Position numbers and translations under genes: made by a program
Assembly (NCBI RefSeq): GCF_963921235.1
Contig: NC_086097.1
Location: 126,296,001-126,360,000 of the forward strand
Length of the DNA stretch: 64,000 nucleotides
From: Mobula hypostoma
Lineage: Eukaryota
Direction of reading: 5' to 3'
The notes under the pieces: model-generated
Told to the model about the DNA's origin: nothing
Database searches by the model: none
Seen by the model: the letters and a program-made list of their open reading frames with translations, nothing else
In this document: piece by piece, positions 41,401-53,400 of the stretch
How positions within the stretch are numbered: position 1 is the first letter of the stretch
How the letters are laid out: each line of letters opens with the position of its first letter

Positions 41401-44400
41401 CATTATGTCTCCGTCTAAATGTGCAATGTGCAATTATAGTAATTTTTAATAATTTATAATAAATAGAACAGTCAATGTAATATAGAGTACACTCAAATCA
41501 GCGTGAGTTAATCACTGATGGCCTAGTGGAAGAAGCCGTCCCAGAGTCTGTTGGTTCTGGCTTTTATGCTGTGGTACCGTTTTCCGGATGGTAGCAGCTG
41601 GGATAGATTGTGGTTGGGGTGTTTCGGGTCCCCAATGATCCTACGGGTACTTTTCACACACCTGTCCTTGTAAATGTCCTGAATCATAGGAAGTTCACGA
41701 CTACAGATGCACTGGGCTGTCTGGACCACTCTCTGTAGAGTCCTGCGATTAAGGGAGGTACAGTTCCCATACCAGGCAGTGATGCAGCCAGTCAGAATGC
41801 TCTCAATGATGTCCCTGTCAAAAGTTCTTAGGATTTGGGGCCCATACCAAACTTGCTTAACCCTCTGAGGTGAAAGTAGCACTGTTGTGTGGTGAAAAAG
41901 GCACAGCTGGTGTGTACAGACCACGTGAGATCCTCGGTGATGTGGATGCCGAGGAACTTAAAGCTGTTACCCTCTCAACCCCAGATCCATTAATGTCAAT
42001 AGGGGTTAGCCCGTCTCCATTCCTCCTGTAATCCACAACCAGCTCCTTTGTTTTTGCGATAATTGAGGGAGAGGTTGTTTGCTTAACACCACTGTGTCAG
42101 AGAGATGACTCCTTCCCTGTAGGCCACCTCGTTATTGTTTGAGATAAGGCCAATCAATATACTGTCATTGGCAAATTTAATTAGCAGATTGGAGCTGTAG
42201 GTGGTGATACAGTCATGGGTATACAGGGATTAAAGGAGGGGACTCAGTACACAGCCCTGAGGGGCTCCTGTATTGAGAGTCAGAGGGGTGGAGGTGAGGG
42301 AGCCCACTCTTACCACCTGCTGGCGATCTGACAGGAAGTCTAGGATTCAGCTGCACAACGCAGGGTCAAGGCCGAGGTCCCTGAGCTTCTTGTCGAGCCC
42401 GGATGGAACTATGGTGTTGAATGGTGAACTGTATTTGAAGAACAGCATTCTCACATAAACATCCTTCTTCTCCAGATGTGTAAAAATGGTATATAGAGCA
42501 GTGGCTGTTGCATCATCTGTCAATCGGTTGTGTCAGTAGGTGAATTTTAGGGGGTCCAGTTTGGATTGTTGCAAGCTGCAGATGTAATCCTTGACCAGCC
42601 TCTCAAAGCATTTGCTTATTATTGAGGTGAGTGCGACAGTGCGACAGTACGCCAGTTGTTCAGGTATGTTACCTTTAAATGAGAAATAGTTAAGAGAGGG
42701 TGTCTATGTTGTTCAGAATCTCTTCTCACCACTACTGGGATGACATACCATTGAGAAGCTGAACCTCATTGCAAGGTTGGATTTGTTAAACAATGTTCAG
42801 TAGCAGAAGAAGTAGCTGGAATTGTTCACAGGCCTGGGAGTACAGAAAGAAGAGTACCTTATCCAGTGGAGGCCAGGATTGATACCTTACTCATTGACAC
42901 AGTGAGGTATACACCAGTCCCATTGATGAACAAAGACAAAGCTGAACTTGAGAGACTGGAGACACTTGACCTCATAACTAGAGTGAATGGACCCCCGGAC
43001 TAGTGTGTGTGTGTGGGCATTGTTCCTGTTCCCAAGTCAGATGGCACAGTGAGGATCTGTGTTAATCTGATAAAACACTGGGCAGATGTCATGGTCATCC
43101 TCAAATGACTGTTCACAAAACTGGCAAGAAAAACAGGCATCAGAGACCCATTGTTTCCTTGGCATGGTAACCCAGCTGGGAAAGTTCATTCTGGATTTGA
43201 CAGAGAAAAGGAAGCCACTACGTGACCTCCCCTCTCAGAGAAATGTATGGACTTGGGACTCACCACGAGAGAAATCATTCTCATCACTTAAGACAGTGCT
43301 TATCTCTCCTCCAACACTGGCATTCTTTATCCAAACAAAGCAACCAAAATCTCAGCAGACACTTCTTCCTTTGGTCTCGGGGAGTGCTCATGCAACACTT
43401 AAGTGCTGTATGGAAACTCCGATTGAACAGCGTTATGCCCAAATCGAAAAGGGGATTTGGGCTCTTGTGTGGGCTTGTGAATGCTTCAGCTGCTACATGA
43501 TAGGCTGTAAATTCCTACCTGAAACAGACCACAAGCCACTTTTCAGCCTCCTTAGCTCGAAACACTTGGATGACTTAGCTCCACATCGCCAAAGATTCAG
43601 AATGAGGCTTATGTGATACTCTTATGATATTGAACATGTCCCCGGCAAGTCTTTCACAACATCAGACACTCTGTCAAGGACAGAAGCTGACTCCATCCTC
43701 ATGGAAGATCCAATATCTACATAGCGCAGGTATGTGAAAGCTTTCCTGCATCACAGAATAAACTGGATGAAATTTGTGCTGAGTTGAATAAGGACCAAAT
43801 CTGCAGCAAGGTCTTACAATACTGTGAGCATGGATGGCCAGTTGTTCCAAAATGAACTCGGACCTTACTGGCTTGAAAGAGACACATTCACCATTCTCAA
43901 TAGTTTGCAGCTAAGAGGCTCCAGACTCGTCATTCCTGCTTCTGTGCACACTAAAATCATCAGTCAAATCCACCAAGGACATCAAGGCATTGAAAAATAT
44001 TGCCTAAGAGCAAAGCAGTCCAGGTGTGAGCACACAGCTGGGAGATCTACAGGCATGTAAAACATCCTGAAGAAGGCCCCCAAATCCTAAGAATTTTCGA
44101 CAAGGGCACAATTGAGAGCATCCTGACTGGCTGCATCACTGCCTGGTATGGGAACTGTACCTCCCTTTATTGCAGGACTCTGCAGAGAGTGGTGTGGACA
44201 GCCCAGCACATCTGTAGATGTGAACTTCCCACGATTCAGGATATTTACAAAGACAGGTGTGTATAAAGGGCCCGAAGGATCACTGGGGACTTGAGTCACC
44301 CCAACCACAAACTGTTCCAGCTGCTACATCCGGGAAACGGTACCGCAGCATAAAAGCCAGGACCAACAGGCTCCGGGACCGCTTCTTCCACTAGGCCATC

Positions 44401-47400
44401 AGACTAATTAATACATGCTGATACAATTGTATTTCTATGTTATGTTGACTGTTGTATACTATTTATTATAAATTACTGTAAATTGCACATTTATACAGCG
44501 ACATCACGTAAAGATTTTTACTCCTCATGTATAGAAGGATGTAAGTAATAAAGTCAATTCAGTCAATTCAATTTAATTCAATGTGAGGCTTGGAGAAAAC
44601 TGCACAAAAATCATGCTGAATCTGTCTGTTCCACAGAATTCCCAGACTTCCTATGGCGAATTGCAGTTACAGATATTTTCAAGCTGAAAAGAGACTATTA
44701 TCTTTCACTGTGGATTACTACTCATGGAATGTTCAGGTGTCCAAGTTGTCCTTCACATCCTTAGCAGCAGTTATACAGTACCTGAAAGCTGTATTCACTT
44801 GCTATGGAATACCAGAGACACTTGTGTCAGACAGAATTCGGCTGCTCAGAATTCAAACCCTTTGCTAGGGACTATGAGTTCAAACATCATGCAAGCAGTC
44901 GCCAGTACCCACTGACAAATGGAGAAGCAGAAATAGCAGTGCAATCTGTTAAGATTCTCCTACTGAAGGCAAAAGCACTGCTGGCTTATTGCTCCACACC
45001 TCTTACAAATGGCTACAGTCCAATAGAGCTGTCAGTGGGCTGGAGACTGAGAACAAGCCTGCTTGTTCTTCCTTCCCTTCTCCAACCTCACTGGACTTAG
45101 TCAAAGTGAGAAATTTTGAGACAAGACAGCATGAGAAAATGATCTCTGAATTGCTCAGTTTTAGTGACTATAATTTCAATGCCCTTCTATGGGCAAGAAG
45201 TACATAACTAGTTTTTCTTTTTCTTCGGGAAGGAAAGATGTAGTGGTACTTAATAGTATTATTCCTATGCCACTCAGTTAGCCAGTCCCACATGGGAGGA
45301 GTTCACATACTGGACAAGTTGGGTTATCAGTAAATTTCAATGGAGTATCCTGCATGCTGACATCCTTGTGTGCTCTGCACTATCCCTCAATAACGAACAA
45401 CAGCCACTATTGTGATAAAGAGGTGGGTGAATGAATGTTATGTGCAAATCTACACTAGGACAATTTGATACTGGTTAATTATGGACTACATGCTTTCTGG
45501 TATATTCCTATTCACAATAAATGACATATTTCATTGCCAATTTCTGGATCATCATATTTAAATTCAGCATAACTATGAATCCTTTTAATTGAAAAATCAT
45601 ATTATATTAACGAATCATAACTGTTCTCTGAAATACCAAGTTCATGGAAATTTTTGACACCTATACAGGATATATTAGGCCTTAATGTTTATGAATAAGA
45701 GAAAGTTTCTACATTGAATGAAACTATAGCTATAAATCTTATGTATGTACATATGAGCATTAGTCTACGGCCCTTCAAGTCTACTCTGTCATTTAATGGT
45801 CTATCAACTTCACATTCCTGCCTGCTTGAAGTAACCTTGCTTAATTGAGAACTTATCTATGTCTGTCTTAAAATAGTCAAAGGTTTTGCATTCATTTGTC
45901 ATTTGAGAGAGTTCCGAAGATTCATGATCCTGTTATAGAACAAAAAAATGTTGTAATCTTTTCTTAAATCGTGACTCCTTACTTTAATCCAGTCATTCCA
46001 GGTTCTCCCATATGTGGAAATACTGTCTCCATATTCACCTTAACAAGATGTCTTAGGTTCTTTCTTGTTTCAATTAAGTCCTAATAGATGCAGACCTAGT
46101 GTGTCTAACATTTACTCATAAAATAACCCATCCATTTCCAGGTATTAGTCCAGTAAGTTTTTTTCAGAACTTCTCCCATAGTATTAACATCATTCCTTAA
46201 ATAAGAAGACCAATTTTGTATACAGTTCTCCAGATGTTGCCTCACTAGTGTCCTACAAATCTGGGAATTTTATTCAATTCCCCATCCAAAAAAATCTTTT
46301 AGCTTTCCTAATTAATTGCATTAACTGCATATGAATGTTTTGTGAATTATTTGTTACGATGCCCTCTACATCTCGGAGCTCAGCTGTCTTCCACTACTTT
46401 TCTTAGCAAAATGAAAATTTCAGTTTTACCACATCTTATTCCATTGGACAAATTTTTGTCTACTCACTTAGCCTATGTGCATCATTTATGGCCTTTATGT
46501 CCTCTAAAACTTAGGTTTTTTCTGACCTTCCATTGTGTCATCAGCAATTTTATGCCCATATCTTATATAAATTGTAAAATGTTGAGGCCTGAGCAGTTAT
46601 CTTCGTAGAATGCTGCTTGTAACATTTACTAAGCAAAGGTCTTTTTATTTCAACTCTGTTTCATATTAGCTATTCAATCCATGAGTTTTTATTGTGAAAA
46701 ATAATATTTGATCTAGCAATGATCAAATTCCTTCTGGAAATCTAAGTTTAAGATTTTCATTGGTTCCCCTTTATCTGCGCAATATGTTACTTCTTCAAGG
46801 AACACTAACAACTTGGTTAAACCTGATTTCATTTTCACAAGATGGTATTGATTTTGTCTGATTATCTTGAATTTTTAAGATGCCTTGCCATAGGGTTTTA
46901 GTAATAGCTTTTAACATTTCCCTAATGACAAATGTTGTTAACTGTCTTACAGTTTCCTGATTTTTGTCTCCCACTCATAAAGGATTTACATCTGATCTTT
47001 TCAAATCTACTCAAATCTTCTCCAAATCCAGGGAAACCACTTATTCACCATTTCCTTGAAGGTTCAAGAATTAGATCTGTTAGAACCTAGAGACTTGCCA
47101 TCTCACACTACCTAATATTCACTTGATAACTTTTCTGAGTCCCCCTCTTTCCTACTTGTACTTCTGTTCTGATTTTAACTCTTCTTGTGATTTTACCTCT
47201 AGCAAATCTTGAAGTACGGACAATTGAAGAACGTCAGACTCCATTCCATTTTGCAGCTAAGTATGGTACAGTAAGTGCTCTTAAGTGCTTACATGAACAT
47301 GGTGCGAATATTCATGTGGTGGATTACAAAGAACGAACACCATTGTATCTTGCAGCACTACATGGTAAATGTCAAGATAAATATAGATGTTGAGAAATGT

Positions 47401-50400
47401 ATGTATGCTCATGATTAGATAAGATATTGTTATTAAGTAAAAATTAGTAAATGTATCACCTCCACTTTACAGCAACCAAAGAGAAAATTCTGGAAATAAT
47501 TTATGTAGCACTTCATGGATCTTTAGCAATACTAGGACACTGATGAGAGAAAAAAAAATGAAAGGGAAGGCAACAGACATTAAACATAAAAAAGATTAAA
47601 GATGCAGGGCAAAAAGAACTAGTTATGGGTTGTAAAGAAACAAAAGATGGGGTCAGGATTATAACCAACTTCTACTGCCCAACAGATTCAGGTTCAGCAT
47701 TGCAGCTGGAAAGCTTTAATGTGCTTAGTTGAAGAAAACAACAGTTAAACTGGAGATAATGGTTTTCTGGGCAACTTTGAGATTGGTCCATTGCATATAT
47801 TTGGTATAGGATATAAACCTAGATAGGAAAATCAGATTTTAGGAGATAAATAATATAACAAATATTACATAGATAACTTACATTTGCCAATGTTTCTAAA
47901 ATGAGGTATGAGACTCATAGAACTGCCCTGAAAAGCTGACCCTTTATTTCTCTCCATAGATGCTGCCTGACCTGTTGAGTTCCTCCAGCATTTTGTGTGC
48001 ACTACCCTTAACTTTAGAGGCTGTAATTACACACACACACACATTAGAGTTCTATAATGCATTTTTGATCTAGGTATAGACAGATCACAGGAATCTGTGT
48101 ATTCATGTGTATAGTGGATTTCCTAAACTTGTTAAGATTGGGGATTATTGCTTCTTATTCTCATTACTCATCCTGATTTAACTCCCACATTTCACCTTTG
48201 GTGTTACTTTAATCTTCATCGATCTGGTTGGAGAATATGTGGAGGAAGAAGAGATTGGCATGTCCCTTGGTAAACGTGAGTAACACATGCATTTCAGTTT
48301 TGCAAAAAAGAAGATTTTGCAGTAAATTGCTGGTTCTTTTAAAACTAAGTCATATTCTTTGCTGCAATAAATGTATTCAATAGAGTCATTTGACCAGGAA
48401 AATATTGAACCTTCCAATGAGCCAAAAATTTAGTTTCTTTATAGATCCTGCATGACCTGCTAGCATTTCCAGCATTTTCTCCTTTTATTGAAAATTTCAG
48501 TCTCTGTATAGCACTTAAATGTGATAACTCTCCTCAGCCTCAGATAGTCTTAATGACTGTGTATTTAACTCAGGGGAGTTAATCCAGCCAGATGTGAGAT
48601 CAGGCAGGAAGTGGTCAGCCCGTGTAGCAGTTGATGAGGCAGAGTCTAGATTGTTGCACAAAGAGACAGTTGGGGCTACCCAGCTAGGCCGCCAGGGACT
48701 TGGATGGGCAACCCACAAGTGGTGGTCATCTTCTACAGATAAGGAGCGACGTGAGCTTGTAACGCAAGAAATACGAGAGGTAGAAGAGGAGAAGAGGTTA
48801 GCTAAAACAGCTGGCCTGGCCAAACAAGGGGCTTGGACCTGGTGGGAAAGTGTTGAACAATGACACTTATCTTGGAATGTTCTGTGGCAGATGGAACCGC
48901 TCCGCATTTCTTTTCTATACAGAGCAGCGTACGATCTGCTCCCAACACCTGCCAACCTCAGCACCTGGTATGAAGATAAGACAGACAGGTGTGCTGTGTG
49001 TGGCGAGAAGGGAACACTTCAACATATTTTGAGTGCATGCAAGTCAATCTTGCCAGCGGCATGTAGACTTGGAGACATAACAATGTTCTCAAAGTTGTAA
49101 CAGAAGTGGTTGAGCAGAGGGTACTGCAGCACAACTTATCTCATGCCCCATGCTGCACAGAACATCGCATATCATTTGTGAAAGAAGGCTCCAAGTCAAG
49201 GGTGTACAGCACAGGCTCACGATCAAGCATACTTTCTTCAGCCAATGATTGGTGTGTCAAGGCTGACCTGGATGGGAAAGGCAGTTTCCCGGAGCAAATA
49301 GCTTTCACCACATTGCATCCAGATATAATCTTATGGTCTGACACCAGTAAAGAAGTGGTTATTGGTGAACTCACAGTCCCCTGGGAAGACAACATCGACG
49401 AAGCCCATGAGTGCAAGCTAACCAAGTATGCAGAATTAAGATCAGAGTGCAGAGACAGAGGGTGGAAGGTCTCATGCTATCCATTCGAAGCAGGTTGCCG
49501 TGGGTTTATTGCGTTCACTTTCCAGAAGTGGCTACGTGACCTTGGCTTCACTAGAAGAGAGATCAAGTCAACCAGCAGGGCTGTAGCTGAGGCAGCAGAG
49601 ACAGGATCATCATGGGTGTGGACCAAGTACGTCCAGAGGGGCAGATAGTCAGACAGAGTATCCATCTTTTGCAAACCCTTCAGTAGTTGCATAGACACCT
49701 GAAGAGTAGACTATCTGTTGGATGGAAGCAACCAACAACTCTGATAGAGGCAGATGCCAAGTTTTTAAGCTCACCAGTGGGAGGTGGTGCTTTAGCACTG
49801 CTGGCCCACTACCTCAAGGGAGTCTTGATCATAAGCGGGCCAAAACTCTTGAAGACAGATGGCAGATCAACTGATGATCCCACTGGTGATAGCACAGGAC
49901 AGTTAACATCTTAGTCCAAGTGTATTTTCAATTCAATTCTAAAAATAAAAGAAAGGTTGTATTTTGAATCACCTTTCAGATTGCACAATTCTTTTACAGG
50001 CAATAAGTACTTTCCAATTGTGAGAAGTGTGGCAGGAAATTCTCATTCTCTCTCTCTCTCTCTCACTCACTCACTGTGATAAATGAAAATATGCTTTAGG
50101 ATAAATAATGCTATACAATATTAGATTAGATTAAATTATGAGGACACGCAGTCCTCTTTTATTGTCATTTAGTAATGCATGCATTAAGAAATGATACAAT
50201 ATTCCTCCGGTGTGATATCACAGAAACACAGAACAGACCAAGAGTGAAAAACTGACAAAAACCACATAATTATAACATATAGTTACAACAGTGCAAGCAA
50301 TACCGTAACTTGATAAAGAACAGGCTGTGAGCACGGTAAAAAAAGTTCAAAGTCTCTCGAAAGTCCCACATCTCACGCGGACAGGAGAAGGAAGAAAAAT

Positions 50401-53400
50401 CTCCATGCCATACCCGACCACAGTCCAACTCTGAGTTGTCTGAAAACTTCGAGCTCCGACCAGCCCTCCGATGCCAAGTACCGAGCACCATCTCTGCCGA
50501 ATGCTTTGACTCCAGCCCGGGTCACCAGCAGCAGAAGAAATTTTCTTTGCATCCATAAGGAAAAAAGGAAGCAGATTATAATTCAGGGTCTCATTCAAAA
50601 GTAGGTAGCTCAAGTATTCCCTTGATGCTTAATCGAAGTTGAACTATTTTTGTGTTAAGTCCTCTGGGATGGAACTTGACTGACAAAAATATAGCTATCT
50701 AATTAATCACAGTTATCTATTTTAATAAATATATACAAATGTTATTATGTACTTAGTGTGTAATCAAGTTGGCAGAAAACAGTACATATTGATGGTTTTA
50801 CCTTCTCTCATAATCTTTATCCCTAAAGGGAAATATGCCCTGCTGGGTTGTTTTCCATACCTTCCAGCAAAGACATTTTGACTTATGTAACATGCCTTGT
50901 ATTCCTTTCAGCAGATGATAAAGAAAATAATTCAATGTTAAAAGCTAAGTGTATTTTTCTGACGATAGAAAACTATTAGGTCAAACTAGAATTCGACCTT
51001 TAGGAGCAAAATCAGTAAGTTTATTTTCATCCAAAGTCTCTCTTCGAACATGTCCTAACAAAGATGGCTATCTGTTTAACACTGTTGATAAGAAATATAA
51101 TGAAATCTAAATTAACGAAAAGAAGAACATTTAGAGGAGAAAAGTACTATAACAAATAATCAGTGTGGATTTCAAAAGGGAAATTTTGGTTGACCAGCTT
51201 TAAACTCTTTGGAGGGGTCACAGGGAGTCTAAATAATGGTTCTGCTCTTGGTGCAATTTATCCAGATTTTCAGGCCTTCAGTAAAATAAAATTTACCAAT
51301 AATGGCCTAATGATTAAAGAAGATCAAAGGAAAAATCAAAGAAGATGGAGTGAGGGAGGTGCAGTTGAATGGATTGCTAGCTGGCTTCGTGATAGAAGGC
51401 ATGGGTAGTAGTAAAAGATATATACAGTATTTGCAGTGGGAGATGTTGGTGTTCCACAGAACAGTATTTTGGGATCACTGTTGACAATGTGTAACAGAAC
51501 TTTAGGCACTGTGTCTAAAACAGTTTCTAAATTACCAAATTGGGGTGATAGTCAGTACTTGGATGACTGCAATTGATTACAGGACGTTTCCTTGCACAAT
51601 GGGCAAATGAATTTCAACACAGAAACAGGAAGATTATTACCTAAAAGATGCTGTGAAGAAACCAAAGTATCTTGGAGTACAAGTACAATTAAGACAAATA
51701 AAAATGCAAACCAAGCATTTGAGTTTAATTCTGGAATAATAGATTTAAAAATGTGGAATGATATGCTGAACCTTGAATGAACATTGAATGATCACACTTA
51801 ACATATTGGGTATTGTTCTAGTTACCATATTATAGAAATAATGTGCAGAGAAGATATACATGGGTGGTACCAGAAATGAAAAGGGTAGTCATGGTAGAAA
51901 AGTATGAACACACTGTCTCTCTGCTTTTGAGTAAAGAAGACAAATGATTTGCATCTCAGAGATCCTGAGATTAAGAAAGATTTTGCTAGAATTGGATTCA
52001 GGGTATAATTAGAGGTCTTCAACATAATATAGTCACTTGGAAATGGAAAAGAACATTTAGATAAAAAAGAATGTGGAATAATTTTTTAAAATGCTGAACA
52101 TCAGGAAACTCGAGGGTTATGTTGATAGATGTACATGAAGAAAGACAGGAGCAGAGTTACTGTGATATGTATCCTATGTAATATAACTTCTGTATATCAG
52201 ACAAGATGTAATTGAATGAAAAAGCAGCCTGAGGACTAAATGTTTTATGCCTGTTATACAGCATGTAGAATGTTCAGGTGTGTAATGCTATGGGTAAATA
52301 CTTGTTTCATAGCCCTCATTCTATTTCTTCAGTCATAATAACACTAGGTGAATGAGAAGAAGCTGTTTAATTACTCAAGCACAGGATATGTAAAATCTAA
52401 TAATGATTACCAAAACATCTCATTTTGTCTAGAAAAATTAATTGAATGGAACTTTAGGTCCAATATTTACAAAATTATTCTCTTCATTTAAAGGCAGTTA
52501 TACAAACATCAAAATATTCAACAGGAATTCTGCAGATGCTGGAAATTCAAGCAACATACATCAAAGTTGCTGGTGAACGCAGCAGGCCAGGCAGCATCTA
52601 TAGGAAGAGGTGCAGTCGACGTTGCCTGGCGAAGGGTCTCGGCCTGAAACGTCGACTGCACCTCTTCCTATAGATGCTGCCCGGCCTGCTGCGTTCACCA
52701 GCAACTTTGATGTATGTTGATCAAAATATTCAGGAGTGTTTACTTTGCAATAAAACAACATGTGAATGATGCTGGCCTTTGTTAATGTGTAGTTCAGCTT
52801 GTGGAGAAAATAGTTCTGTGAATTGCAAATTTCCATATGTTGTTAGCTGATGTGCACCACTCTAAATTTACAAAAGTGATATTACATATTTAATCTCCTT
52901 CAGTTGAGAGACAAATGAGAGTCAGTGGATGTTGTTTACTTGACAATTTTTAGAAGGCCCTTGACAAGGGGCCACACGTGACAATGCAAAACCAAATTAG
53001 AACCCGTGATATTACAGGAAAGGTACTAGTATAGATAAAACGTTGGCTGACAGACATGAGGCAAAAAGTGGAAATAAAGGGGCCTTTTCTGGTTGGCTGC
53101 TGGTGACAAATATTCTTTCACAGGGGTCAGTGTTGGGATCGTTTCTTTTCACGTTATTTGTCAATAAATTGTATGATGGCTTTGTGGCCAAGTTGAAGAT
53201 GATATGACAATAAGTAGAGGGGAAGGAAGGTAGGTTGAGGAAGTAGGGAGTCTGCCGAAGGGCATGGGCAAATTAGGAGAATGGGGAAAGAAGTGGTTGA
53301 TGAAATATAGTAAATGGTCATGCACTTTGGTAGAAAGAATAAAGGCATAAACTATTTTCTAAATGGGGAGAAAATTCAGTATTCAGAGCTGCAAAGGGAA

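Larger units (their letters stand above)
39746..45402 (+). mobile_element. Old Gypsy LTR retrotransposon with both LTRs
   Basis: LTRs 39746-39908 and 45239-45402; PBS-like tggtatcaga at 39912; PPT gggaaggaaaga at 45227-38; near-TSD gctac/gccac. Gag knuckle CHQCNRVGH, protease DTGADV, RNase H YAQIEK..TDHKPL, integrase [26 protein letters not shown]. Confidence 0.9.
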
